In this document: positions 41,293 through 50,894 of the stretch, in pieces
How the letters are laid out: the number at the start of each line of letters is the position of its first letter
Numbering within the stretch: position 1 is the first letter of the stretch
Source: an uncultured Verrucomicrobiae bacterium
Lineage (GTDB): Bacteria > Verrucomicrobiota > Verrucomicrobiia > Chthoniobacterales > JAFAMB01
DNA length: 64,000 nucleotides
NCBI GenBank assembly: GCA_963813025.1
Contig: CAWEXO010000013.1
Location: 128,001-192,000, forward strand
Reading direction: 5' to 3'
Made by a program: the position numbers and the translations under genes
Notes under the pieces: model-generated
The model's database searches: none
What the model was told of the DNA's origin: nothing
What the model saw: the letters and a program-made list of their open reading frames with translations, nothing else

Positions 41293-43008
41293 GTGAAACT
41301 GGATCCCGGGATCAATCTCACACACCTGGGAATCGACGCCGTGGTGTTGGCCATCTACTTCTTTGGCATCGTGGGAATCGGACTCTGGGCCGGACGCCGG
41401 AATCGAAACCTGACCGAATTCGCGTTGGGCGGGCGAGCCATCCCCTGGTGGGCGGTTCTGGCGTCGATTGTTGCTGCGGAAACCAGTGCGGCCACCTTTC
41501 TCGGCACGCCGGCCGAGGGTTTCAAGACCCGCAGCTTCATCTATGGCCAGTTGGCCATTGGCACGGTTTTAGCCCGAATCATCATCGCCTTTACCTTTAT
41601 CGGGCCTTACTACAGGTATGGCGTCCAGAGCATCTACGAGTTTCTCGAGATCCGGTTCGGTCCGCTGACGAGGAATTTTGCCAGCGCGATCTTTCTGTTC
41701 ACTCGCGTGTTGGGAATCGGTGTTCGGCTCTATCTCGGTGGGGTAATCATTAAGGTCGTGTGGCAATATCTTTTTCCGGATTCCCCCATCAGCCTCTGGA
41801 TTTATTTCTGGGGTATTCTCTTTGTTACCCTGTTAACAACTCTTTACACCGCAGTCGGCGGTATTAAAGCAGTGGTCTGGACTGACTTTATCCAAGCGGC
41901 GCTGATGCTCGGCTCTGTCGGCGTGGCTATTTATTTGTTAGTCGGGAAAATCCCCGGAGGACTAACTACGGTGGGCGATAAGTTAGGCGGCTTTCCCGCG
42001 CTGATCCAAGTGGGATTCAGTGATGAATACGGATGGTTAATTGGCCTCAAACAGATGTTGGAAGATCCCTACACACTGTTCGCCGCCTTTCTTGGTTCCA
42101 CTTTTTTCACGATGGCCACTCACGGAACGGACCAGGACATGGTGCAACGCATGTTAACCGCTCCCAACTTCCGGAAGTCGCAATTGTCTCTCGTGCTCAG
42201 CGGTTTGGCCGATCTGCCGATTGCGGCGGGCTTTCTGCTCGTCGGAATTTTGCTGTGGGTTTTTTATCAGGTTCGTCCGGACCCGCATTTGCCCGCCGCG
42301 ACGAACGAGATTTTCGCGTATTACATTGTAACTCAGATGCCGGTTGGTCTGCGCGGCCTGATTGTCGCCGGCATTTTTGCGACCATGATGGGGTCGACAT
42401 CCGCGGCGTTGAATGCGATGGCGACTAGCTTTACCAAGGATTTTTTTCTGCCCTACTTTCCACGCTCGGGTCGCCCGGGAGACGCTATCAGAGCCGCTCG
42501 CGGAGCCACCGTGGTTTTCGGGGCGCTGATGGTGGTGGTTGCGATGCTCGCGGCTCAAGCCGTCTTGCGCGATGCCAAACTGACGATTATTCCGATCGCG
42601 ATTGGCAGCCTCGGCTACACCTATGGCTCATTGTTAGGAGTATTTTTGCTCGGAATGCTGACGCGGCGGCGGGGCCGGGATAGTGGCAATATCATCGGAA
42701 TGCTCTGCGGAATTCTGGCGGTAATTATTTTCGGAAAGGTTAGTTTTCCCGGAGTTAACTTGCTGGAGTTGTTCAGCCATGGACGAGTAATAGCCGAGGA
42801 CTGGTCGTTGCGGGGGGTTCTTCCGCTTTGGTGGCCTGAGCTTGCCTGGTCGTGGTACGTGCTGCTTGGTTCGATGGTCTGTATTGCGGTTAGTTGCCTG
42901 TTTCCCACGCCAAAAGAGAAGGTAAATCAGGCGAAGAACGTGCCGATTGAGGGACAATCGCCGGAAGACCCAGCCTGGAACAATTCAACGGGTGAGCGTC
43001 AAGCATAA
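41293..43008 (+). CDS. Sodium:solute symporter family protein
   Basis: SIVAAETSAATFLG.P, GGIKAVVWTDFIQ, GTDQDMVQR.L. Confidence 0.92.
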   Translation: MKLDPGINLTHLGIDAVVLAIYFFGIVGIGLWAGRRNRNLTEFALGGRAIPWWAVLASIVAAETSAATFLGTPAEGFKTRSFIYGQLAIGTVLARIIIAFTFIGPYYRYGVQSIYEFLEIRFGPLTRNFASAIFLFTRVLGIGVRLYLGGVIIKVVWQYLFPDSPISLWIYFWGILFVTLLTTLYTAVGGIKAVVWTDFIQAALMLGSVGVAIYLLVGKIPGGLTTVGDKLGGFPALIQVGFSDEYGWLIGLKQMLEDPYTLFAAFLGSTFFTMATHGTDQDMVQRMLTAPNFRKSQLSLVLSGLADLPIAAGFLLVGILLWVFYQVRPDPHLPAATNEIFAYYIVTQMPVGLRGLIVAGIFATMMGSTSAALNAMATSFTKDFFLPYFPRSGRPGDAIRAARGATVVFGALMVVVAMLAAQAVLRDAKLTIIPIAIGSLGYTYGSLLGVFLLGMLTRRRGRDSGNIIGMLCGILAVIIFGKVSFPGVNLLELFSHGRVIAEDWSLRGVLPLWWPELAWSWYVLLGSMVCIAVSCLFPTPKEKVNQAKNVPIEGQSPEDPAWNNSTGERQA

Positions 43009-43404
43009 CTTGTGATCAAGTTGAAAAATTATTTAGGGGTCTTTGTGGACTTTTTACTTGCTGCCGTTTCGGGTGGACCGTATTCTGCGTGTCGCTCGAC
43101 GGTAGAAGGGGTGGGGCTGTGAATAACTTGTGAGCAAATATGTGTCATGACCAACTGAATCGTTTGGGTCGTTGCTGTCGGCTAAGAGGGGAACGATTAC
43201 TGGTCGATCGGAAAAGACTTTAGCGAGAGATCGCGTCGCGCTCGCAAATGCTCCTGCGAGGGCCGGATTGCGCGGATGGTGACCGCGTTTGTTTCTCGAA
43301 ATTAGGGTTGGGTTTTTCGTCTCTGGGTGCGCCGCGAAAAAGTCGGCCGGGGACGGTAAGGGACTGTTACGGTTTGGTCTTAACCATGTGTTAATAAGTC
43401 ATTT
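43009..43404. promoter_or_regulatory. Candidate oriC / dnaA promoter region
   Basis: DnaA box TGTGAATAA at 43118-43126; degenerate boxes such as TGTGAGCAA at 43129-43137; AT-rich 43005-43060; TTGCTG-N17-TATTCT promoter at 43058-43086. Confidence 0.6.
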
Positions 43405-44772
43405 ATGGAGGAAACCTTGCGTCGAATCTGGGGAGAAATCGCCGTTGGAATCCGTCCCCACGTCAGCACCGACGCGTTCCGGCGGTGGTTTGCTGATATC
43501 GAACTCGTTCAGAGCGATGAGCGTTCTTTGACCCTGCAGGTCCCGAACACGATTTATCAACTCTGGATCGAGAGCAATTATCTTGGCCTGGTCCACGCGG
43601 CAATCGTGGGCTTGTTGGGAACTCCTCGGGAAATCAAATTCCGAGTGGCCGACAATGGCAAAGAGGATCACGACCCCCGGGCGAGTCAGGATCTCCCGGA
43701 GGAGCCTTGCCACCCCCGAGCTGCGGATAAAGAAGCGGACGCCGCAACGAATCACGGCATGAATCCGCGATACACCTTCGAAACCTTTGTCGTCGGTTCA
43801 AATAATCAGTTCGCGCATGCTGCGGCGTTGGCGGTCGCGCAGTCTCCCGCAAAAACCTACAACCCGCTTTTCATCTATGGCGGAGTGGGGCTTGGCAAGA
43901 CGCACTTGATGCAGGCCATTGGACAGCACGTCGTGATTCACAAGAGAAATTACAAGGTGATGTATCTGTCCAGCGAGTGTTTCACCAACGAGTTCATTGA
44001 CGCAATTCAACATAATACGCTGGTCAAATTCCGGAAGCGCTACCGCCAAGCCGATCTCCTGTTGATCGATGATATTCATTTCCTTGCCGGGAAAGAGCGT
44101 TCTCAGGAGGAGTTCTTTCACACGTTCAATACCCTTTTTGATGGACGGAAACAGATCGTGCTCTCCAGCGATCGGCCGGCGAGCGAGATTACCAATCTGG
44201 AGCAGCGACTCGTTTCGCGATTTGAATGGGGCTTAACTGCTGAGCTGCAGCCCCCCGACATCGAAACCCGCTTGGCCATCCTTCGAAAGAAAGCGCAGGC
44301 TCTCCAGATACAGTTGTCCCCTGATGTGCTTGAGTTCCTCGCACAACGAGTAAAGACCAATGTGCGCCGCCTCGAAGGAGCGCTCATGAGGGTTGCTTCT
44401 TTCGCGTCGCTGAGTGGACGGGAAGTGACTCGCGATTCGGTCGAGCAGCTCCTGCGCGATTTGCTTCAGGAGGAAGCCCGACGCATGGTGACGATCGATC
44501 AGATCCAGCGCAAGGTGGCTGAACATTTTGATGTTCGTCTGGCCGATATGACCAGCAAGCGCCGGCCGGCCAACATTGCTTTTCCTCGCCAGATAGCCAT
44601 GTATCTCTCGCGTCGCCACACTAAAGCGTCCCTCACCGAGATTGGGGATGCTTTCGGCGGACGCGATCACGGCACGGTCCTGCACGCGTGTAAGGCGGTT
44701 CATGGTAAAATGGTCAAAGAAGACCAGCTTCGGCAGCTCGTGCTCCTCCTCGAAAGCCGCCTCGAGCGTTAA
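43405..44772 (+). CDS. dnaA: Chromosomal replication initiator DnaA
   Basis: YNPLFIYGGVGLGKTHL, LLIDDI, QEEFFHTFN, RFEWGL, PRQIAMYL, GGRDHGTV. Confidence 0.98.
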   Translation: MEETLRRIWGEIAVGIRPHVSTDAFRRWFADIELVQSDERSLTLQVPNTIYQLWIESNYLGLVHAAIVGLLGTPREIKFRVADNGKEDHDPRASQDLPEEPCHPRAADKEADAATNHGMNPRYTFETFVVGSNNQFAHAAALAVAQSPAKTYNPLFIYGGVGLGKTHLMQAIGQHVVIHKRNYKVMYLSSECFTNEFIDAIQHNTLVKFRKRYRQADLLLIDDIHFLAGKERSQEEFFHTFNTLFDGRKQIVLSSDRPASEITNLEQRLVSRFEWGLTAELQPPDIETRLAILRKKAQALQIQLSPDVLEFLAQRVKTNVRRLEGALMRVASFASLSGREVTRDSVEQLLRDLLQEEARRMVTIDQIQRKVAEHFDVRLADMTSKRRPANIAFPRQIAMYLSRRHTKASLTEIGDAFGGRDHGTVLHACKAVHGKMVKEDQLRQLVLLLESRLER

Positions 44773-44964
44773 GGAGATCCGCGGGAGTCGGGACGAAAAT
44801 GCGGAGAATATCTCGGAACGTTCGCCTCGGCCCAGCACCGGTAAGGTGAGAATTTGTCCGAGCCGGTTTCGGCATGTTGGCGCGATGAAGATGCGTGCGG
44901 CAGGCTCGCATCTCCTCCTCCGTTGACGTTCGATGAAGTTCGCTGTTATATCTGCCCCTTACCG

Positions 44965-46059
44965 ATGAAATTCAGTGTCAGTAAAGACAAGCTGCTTGAA
45001 GGTCTGGCGACCGTGCAGAATGTGGTGAGCACCCGCACTACTCTGCCGATCCTCTCAAATGTGCTTCTGCAGGCGAGCGAGAACGAAATACGACTGACGA
45101 CAACTGACCTGGATGTAGGGGTAAGAGGAAGCGTCGAAGCGCAGGTGGAGCGTACCGGAGGGACGACATTGCCGGCGCGCCGGCTCTTCTCGATCGTGCG
45201 CGAGCTGCCTGCGTCGGAAATCTACGTCGACGTCGATTCGAAAAACATGGCATCGATCCGCAGTGGAGCCAGCTTCTTCAAAATACTTGGTTTGCCGGAA
45301 GAGGAATTCCCTCCTTTGGCGCGCTTCGAGAATCCCAAGGTGTTTACGATCGGCCAAAAAGCCCTCAAGGATGGTTTGAAGAAGACGTCCTATGCCATTT
45401 CGACCGACGAAACTCGTTACGTTCTCAACGGAATCCTGTTCTCCTTCAAAGACAACAAGTTGACCCTGGTCGCAACCGATGGGCGGCGCCTGGCGCTGGT
45501 TGATCTGGAGCTGGAATTTCCGAAAAGCCAGGAGATCGATCTGGTCGTTCCAACCAAGGCGGTGACCGAACTTCAGCGTCTGGTCCGGGAGGAGGGGGAG
45601 GCGAAAGTGAGTGTGGGAGACAACCAGATCGCTTTCGAATTGAATCATACGCTCATCGTTTCGAAACTGATCGAAGGCAACTATCCGAATTATCGTCAGG
45701 TCATCCCAACCGAAGCAAAAGAACGCATCACCTTTGAGCGAGAGACTTTGTTGAATGCGGTGCGACGAGTGTCGTTGCTCGCCAGCGAAAAGTCCAATTC
45801 GGTAAAGCTAACCTTCAGCAAAAGCAACATTGATATTGTTGCGACCACGCCCGATGTCGGCGAGGCAAAAGAATCATTGCCGGTCATGTACAAAGGCCGG
45901 GATTTTTCGATCGCGTTCAACCCCGAATTCCTGATGGCGCCGTTGCGGAATCTTTCGAATGACGAGATTTTTCTCGATTTGATCGACGAAATGAGTCCTG
46001 GGGTCATCAAGATACCAGGACCGTTTCTCTACGTTCTCATGCCACTGCGCCTGAGCTAA
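44965..46059 (+). CDS. dnaN: DNA polymerase III beta sliding clamp
   Basis: TTLPILSNVLL, DETRYVLNG, VATDGRRL, SKLIEGNYPNY, YVLMPLR. Confidence 0.97.
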   Translation: MKFSVSKDKLLEGLATVQNVVSTRTTLPILSNVLLQASENEIRLTTTDLDVGVRGSVEAQVERTGGTTLPARRLFSIVRELPASEIYVDVDSKNMASIRSGASFFKILGLPEEEFPPLARFENPKVFTIGQKALKDGLKKTSYAISTDETRYVLNGILFSFKDNKLTLVATDGRRLALVDLELEFPKSQEIDLVVPTKAVTELQRLVREEGEAKVSVGDNQIAFELNHTLIVSKLIEGNYPNYRQVIPTEAKERITFERETLLNAVRRVSLLASEKSNSVKLTFSKSNIDIVATTPDVGEAKESLPVMYKGRDFSIAFNPEFLMAPLRNLSNDEIFLDLIDEMSPGVIKIPGPFLYVLMPLRLS

Positions 46060-46727
46060 AAGAAAGCGGCGGGAGCGGGTTCAGCGGAGGGAGGTAGCTG
46101 CTCTGTTGAGCAGTTCGCATGTGAGGATCGCGGTTCCCCCCAAAGATCCGGACCTCTTTTCGAACACGGGTTGGCCAGCTTACAGCTTCTCAGTTCTCGC
46201 GCTACATCCCTCGGCTGAAGCCGCTCCCTCCGCTCCCTCCGCTCGATTGACTGCCCTTCTGCTCCATTGTTCAGCTGCTCTGAAGAAGCGGGCGGGAGCG
46301 GGTTCAGCGGAGGGAGGTAGCTGCGCTGTTGAGCAGTTCGCATGTGAGGATCGCGGTTCCCCCCAAAGATCCGGACTCCCTTTGAACATCGGCTGGCCAG
46401 CTTACAGCTTCTCAGTTCTCGCGCTACTTCCTCGGCTGAAGCCGCTCCCTCCGCTCCCTCCGCTCGATTGACTGCCCTTCTGCTCCATTGTTCAGCTGCT
46501 CTGAAGAAGCGGGCGGGAGCGGGTTCAGCGGAGGGAGGTAGCTGCGCTGTTGGGCAGTTCGCATGTGAGGATCGCGGTTCCCCAAAAAGATCCGGACCTC
46601 TTTTCGAACACGGGTTGGCGAGCTTACAGCTTCTCAGTTCTCGCGCTACCTTCCTCGGCTGAAGCCGCTCCCTCCGCTCCCTCCGCTCGATTGACTGCCT
46701 TCTGCTCCATTGTTCAGCTGCTCTGAA
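46060..46727. repeat. Three tandem ~221-223-bp units, each an imperfect REP-like palindrome
   Basis: GGTTCAGC anchors at 46078, 46301 and 46522; GGAGCGGGTTCAGCGGAGGGAGGTAGC pairs with GCTAC..CCTCGGCTGAAGCCGCTCC. Confidence 0.93.
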
Positions 46728-46771
46728 TCGCCTTTACAAAGCAGGAAAAGTCATTAGCTTTCGCCCTCTTC

Positions 46772-46853
46772 GCTCACGTGGCGGAACTGGCAGACGCGTA
46801 CGGCTCAGGACCGTATGGGGTAACCCGTGGAGGTTCGAGTCCTCTCGTGAGCA
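46772..46853 (+). tRNA. tRNA-Leu(CAG)
   Basis: Acceptor GCTCACG/CGTGAGC, anticodon arm TACGG-CTCAGGA-CCGTA, long variable arm, GGTTCGAGTCC; CCA not encoded. Confidence 0.96.
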
Positions 46854-46861
46854 ATTCACGA

Positions 46862-47554
46862 ATGCAGAATCCGTTTTCCGCCGACCAGCCCGGTAGTATT
46901 CGTGACATGTTTGCCCGGATCGCTCCCCGGTATGACCGAGTCAACCTTCTGTTGAGTCTCGGCCAAGACAAGTCCTGGCGCCGTCATGTGGCCCGGATCT
47001 GCGCCGGCTGGAATCCCGGCGTTATCCTGGATGTGGCCACCGGAAGTGGCGTCCTTGCGCTCGAGCTACAGCGAACGATGCCGGCTGCTCGCATTGTTGG
47101 AGCTGACTTCTGCGCTCCTATGTTGGAGCGGGCCCGCTGCCGGGGCCTGCGAAATCTGGTTCTCGCAGACGGCATGGCTTTGCCCTTTCGCGACGAGACT
47201 TTTGATCTTGTTACCATTGCTTTTGGCCTGAGAAACATGGCTTCTTTTGAGCGGGCCCTCCAGGAAATGCACCGTGTCCTGAAGGATACGGGGCATCTGG
47301 TCGTTCTGGATTTCTCGATCCCAAGTGGTCCTCTTTGCTGGTTATATCGGCCGTACCTCCACGTTGTTTTGCCGCGGCTGGCTGGCCTCCTCACCGGCGA
47401 GCCGAAGGCCTACCGTTATCTCGGGCGCAGTATCGAAAGCTTCCCGCGCGGAGCGCGTTTCCTGGATCTGCTCGACCGACTGGGTTTCGCTGAAACCTGC
47501 GCCCAACCCCTGAGCAATGGCGTTGTCTCGGTTTATTTCGGCGCCAAGGGTTAG
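46862..47554 (+). CDS. menG: Demethylmenaquinone methyltransferase (UbiE/MenG)
   Basis: [40 protein letters not shown]. Confidence 0.9.
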   Translation: MQNPFSADQPGSIRDMFARIAPRYDRVNLLLSLGQDKSWRRHVARICAGWNPGVILDVATGSGVLALELQRTMPAARIVGADFCAPMLERARCRGLRNLVLADGMALPFRDETFDLVTIAFGLRNMASFERALQEMHRVLKDTGHLVVLDFSIPSGPLCWLYRPYLHVVLPRLAGLLTGEPKAYRYLGRSIESFPRGARFLDLLDRLGFAETCAQPLSNGVVSVYFGAKG

Positions 47555-48900
47555 ATCCTCTCCGGGATGTTGGGCACCCTTCCTCGGCCGGTGGACGGTG
47601 TCCCGATCGCCTCTTTGCATTCCCGCAATCTTTGCCTCAAAAACGACTGCTCCGATTTGACCGCTGTTCGCTGCAGCGCCTCGTGAAAGTAGTAAGAGGC
47701 GTTCGAAAAGTTATGCAGTTGTGCCTCGAATTCGCCAAGAACCGCGTAAACCAGATAGTAGTCTTTGAGCTGTCGCCGGTGTTTGATCGACTGAACCGCG
47801 GCGATACCGGCAGCCGGACCGGAGACATGGGCAACGGCCACGGCACGGTTGAGCGCAATGACGGGAGAATCGTTGACCGCAAGCCATCGATCGTAGTGCG
47901 CCAGGATTCTGGACCAATCTGTCGCTTGATAATCCGCGGCCAGGCAATGGCACGCGGCAATCCCGGCTTGCAGATGATACTCGCTGAGTTCATCTCCGGC
48001 AGCCGCCTGACTCAGGTGGGCGATGCCGCGCTCAATCGTCGTTCGGTTCCACTTCGATCGGTCCTGTTCCGGCAACCGCAAAATGTTTCCTTCTTCGTCT
48101 AATCGTGTTGCGAAGCGCGCCTCGTTCAATAGCATGAGCGCGAGCAGCGCATGCGTTTTCGGTCGATCGCCGGCAGGATGACCGATGAGTAAAGTCGAAA
48201 GACGAATCGCTTCATGGCAGAGCTCCTCCTTGAGCAGGTTCTCGCCGCTGGACGCCTTGTAACCTTCGTTGAACAAAAGATAAAGAACCTGGAGCACGCT
48301 TTCGAGCCGATCCGAGAGTTCCTCACCGGACGGGATCTCAAAGGGAATGCGCAGCTCCCGGATCTTTTGCCGGGCACGGGTTAACCTCTTGGCGATCGCT
48401 GCTTCCGTGGTGAGGAAGGCGGTAGCGATTTCGCCCGCGCTGAATCCGCACAGTGTTTTGAGGGCGAGGGCGATCCGCGCCTCGTTCGAGATGAGCGGAT
48501 GGCAACAAGCAAACATCAATCGCAACAGCCGATCCTTTATTTCGTCGCTGAACATGGGCGAATCGGCTTCATCTGGCCTCCACTGCTCCATCGAAACCGC
48601 GATCTGCGGCTGCTTTTCGGAAAAGAGCTTTTTCCGCCGGAGAACATCGAGAGCGAGATTCTTCGCGGTCTGCGTAATCCAGGCCGCGGGATTTTGCGGG
48701 ATTCCATAGTACGGCCAGGTCTGCAAGGCCCGAGCGAGAGCTTCCTGGACGACGTCTTCAACTAATTGGAGGTTATCGATCCCAAAGATGCCGGTCAGCA
48801 CCGAGACCAGCTTCCCGGACTCGTGACGGAAGAGATGCTCCGCGAGCTGCGGAATTTCTCTGGGCGCAGGCGCGGTTTCCTGTTCTTTGGACTGGCTCAT
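47551..48900 (-). CDS. ECF sigma factor with C-terminal TPR extension (ECF42-like)
   Basis: EDVVQEA..AL.TWP, LMFACCHP, LYLLFNEGY, YHLQAGIAACH, LNRAVA. Confidence 0.9.
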   Translation of the reverse strand: MSQSKEQETAPAPREIPQLAEHLFRHESGKLVSVLTGIFGIDNLQLVEDVVQEALARALQTWPYYGIPQNPAAWITQTAKNLALDVLRRKKLFSEKQPQIAVSMEQWRPDEADSPMFSDEIKDRLLRLMFACCHPLISNEARIALALKTLCGFSAGEIATAFLTTEAAIAKRLTRARQKIRELRIPFEIPSGEELSDRLESVLQVLYLLFNEGYKASSGENLLKEELCHEAIRLSTLLIGHPAGDRPKTHALLALMLLNEARFATRLDEEGNILRLPEQDRSKWNRTTIERGIAHLSQAAAGDELSEYHLQAGIAACHCLAADYQATDWSRILAHYDRWLAVNDSPVIALNRAVAVAHVSGPAAGIAAVQSIKHRRQLKDYYLVYAVLGEFEAQLHNFSNASYYFHEALQRTAVKSEQSFLRQRLRECKEAIGTPSTGRGRVPNIPERI

Positions 48901-49307
48901 TCAGCCAGAGCGCGCGAGTATATTTCGCTGGAGATCTCCCCTGCAGTGCAGACGTCGACCACCGGGCGTACTTCAACCGTCAGACCGTATTTCAAAGCGG
49001 GGCATTCGCTGGCTATCTTAATGGCCTCCGCGAAGTCGTGTACCTGAAGCAGGAAATAGCCGCCGATGCTCTCCTTCGACTCAACAAATGGACCATCAAC
49101 GACGGATCCGTTTTTCTCACCGCGAACCACTCTACCTCCTTCTCCAAGTGGATGGCCGCTTTTCAGCTTGCCTTGCTTAGCGAGCCGCTCAAACCAGGTA
49201 AACCACTCGTCCATGACTGTTTGAATCTCTTCGGGCGACAGCCCGTCGTGCCAACCGGGTCCTCGAAATAAGAGCAGGTGTTTGGGATCTTCTGATTGTT
49301 CCTTCAT
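48897..49307 (-). CDS. YciI/DGPF-family protein
   Basis: VDGPFVESKESIGGYFLL, VEVRP; translationally coupled to the ECF gene. Confidence 0.9.
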   Translation of the reverse strand: MKEQSEDPKHLLLFRGPGWHDGLSPEEIQTVMDEWFTWFERLAKQGKLKSGHPLGEGGRVVRGEKNGSVVDGPFVESKESIGGYFLLQVHDFAEAIKIASECPALKYGLTVEVRPVVDVCTAGEISSEIYSRALAE

Positions 49308-49387
49308 AGTGTTCTCTTCCCGAGGTTAGCATCCGCCTTGGCAGCTTCAGAAAAACCTCGATGATGGTGAGTTGATTTCAAAAATAC

Positions 49388-49414
49388 GACGGATGAGCGG
49401 TGAATTGCAGGACA
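49388..49414 (-). promoter_or_regulatory. Candidate ECF42-type autoregulatory promoter (TGTCct-N17-CGTC)
   Basis: Minus strand reads TGTCCTGCAATTCACCGCTCATCCGTC upstream of the DGPF gene; resembles TGTC/CGTC ECF promoters. Confidence 0.45.
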
Positions 49415-49502
49415 ATTGGCCGAGTTCCGTGGCCAAAAGAGTTCCTGCAGGGTCGCATAAGTCCTATAGGTCCTATACTTCCTGCTTTCGAGACCTCACT
49501 AA

Positions 49503-50879
49503 TTAACGCTTCTGGCTGAGCTCCGCGATAGTCTTCGACAGTTTGCCGACAATCGTTTGCGAGACGGCGAAAATATATGGTTCCTCCGCGATTCGGGCAA
49601 AAGTATCGCCCGCTTCGCTGCGGCCCAGCAGCAGGGTCACGAGCGGCTCCTCACCGGCATTGGATTCCGCCGTGTTTTCCGAAGCATAAGAGCTGAAAGT
49701 GATGTGCCAGGAGGGTCGATCGAGACCGTAGCGAGCTAAATCGGTGGCCGTATCCGACACAAAAGCGTTTACATCCTGTTCGTTCAACGACCGAATCAGG
49801 CTATTGACTCGGTTGGAATCGACCGCCCATCCGAAAGGGTTGATCCGCCAGTGGTTCTCGTGGCGTTGAAGGACAAGCTTTGGTTCCCCGGGTCGCTCGA
49901 TCGTGATGCGATCAATCAGATCCGGGTTGAGCCGAACTATTTTGCGATCGCGCAGATCGTTGGGCTTAATCTCGAGAAGCCGAGTCAGCGCAGATTCTAC
50001 CCTTACCGGCGAAGGACGATCCGATATCTTCACCGGAATTTGATTGGATTGCGCCGACTCGGGCGTGCCAAATTCCAGATCCACTTGGCTGCCGCCGGCC
50101 CGGATGGCAATTCTCCGGTCGGAACTTTCATTCACAGACCCACCCGGGCGGTTTGGTGACTGAAAAGAAAGAATGGACGTCACGACGAGCGTATGGAGGA
50201 TTTGGCCCACCGCCCGGTCGCTTGCCCGAGCCTTGATTGGGCGCCGCACCTCCCAGCTGCCTTGAGATCGCTGAATATCGATAGCGCCGTTGGGAGAAGA
50301 CAGACTCAGATCGTCGACCTCGTCACTCCCAAATGGTATCAATCGGTGGTCGCGGAAATAGTCGACACTATTCGAGATCAACGTCTTCAGTTCGCTGGGA
50401 ATGGCCACCACCACGCTGTCGCCTTCCAAGCGAGCGTAAGACTGGCCTGGCAGCGCTGAGTCGTTCCCGAACTCGATGGTTCGCCTCAGCTTGCCGGCCT
50501 TCAGCTCCAGCGTCAGGCGAGGTTTCAGCAGTCCGAAATCTTTCAGCGCGTTCCGCTTTCGGTTGCCTCGTCCCAGGTCATTCAGTGCCGCTTCGAGATG
50601 CAGTGACTCCACCGCGCGCAAGACTTGCTCGATTCGTCCGTTGTCGGCCCGGTCTCGAACCGGCTTAATCATGAACCAGGAATCGCCTTTGCCCGAAAAC
50701 ACGATGCGAACATCGCCGTTCAGAATCTGGAGCTCATGGATCTTTGCGCGATCGCTCGCCAGTCTCTCAACCTGATGCCATTTGTCCTCTGAATTCGGGA
50801 GTCGCTGGTTTAATACGAACACCAGAGCAGCCAGCCCCAGGAGCGCACCAGCAAGAATGAAAGTTGTACGTAAGCGCAT
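49503..50879 (-). CDS. DUF4340-like membrane-anchored protein
   Basis: N-terminal TM, repeated FRD/LRD..W.(I/V)..P units, L..(F/Y)GL..P; last gene of the Gld-like ABC operon. Confidence 0.75.
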   Translation of the reverse strand: MRLRTTFILAGALLGLAALVFVLNQRLPNSEDKWHQVERLASDRAKIHELQILNGDVRIVFSGKGDSWFMIKPVRDRADNGRIEQVLRAVESLHLEAALNDLGRGNRKRNALKDFGLLKPRLTLELKAGKLRRTIEFGNDSALPGQSYARLEGDSVVVAIPSELKTLISNSVDYFRDHRLIPFGSDEVDDLSLSSPNGAIDIQRSQGSWEVRRPIKARASDRAVGQILHTLVVTSILSFQSPNRPGGSVNESSDRRIAIRAGGSQVDLEFGTPESAQSNQIPVKISDRPSPVRVESALTRLLEIKPNDLRDRKIVRLNPDLIDRITIERPGEPKLVLQRHENHWRINPFGWAVDSNRVNSLIRSLNEQDVNAFVSDTATDLARYGLDRPSWHITFSSYASENTAESNAGEEPLVTLLLGRSEAGDTFARIAEEPYIFAVSQTIVGKLSKTIAELSQKR

Positions 50880-50894
50880 GCTCAGATCGAAACT

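Noticed and set aside
46060..46727. CRISPR array or repeat-protein gene
   Set aside because: Units are ~222 bp with no unique spacers, there are no cas genes, and the frames differ between units
46772..46853. tRNA-Leu as an integration site for an island
   Set aside because: No integrase nearby and no duplicated tRNA 3' end seen; menG follows directly
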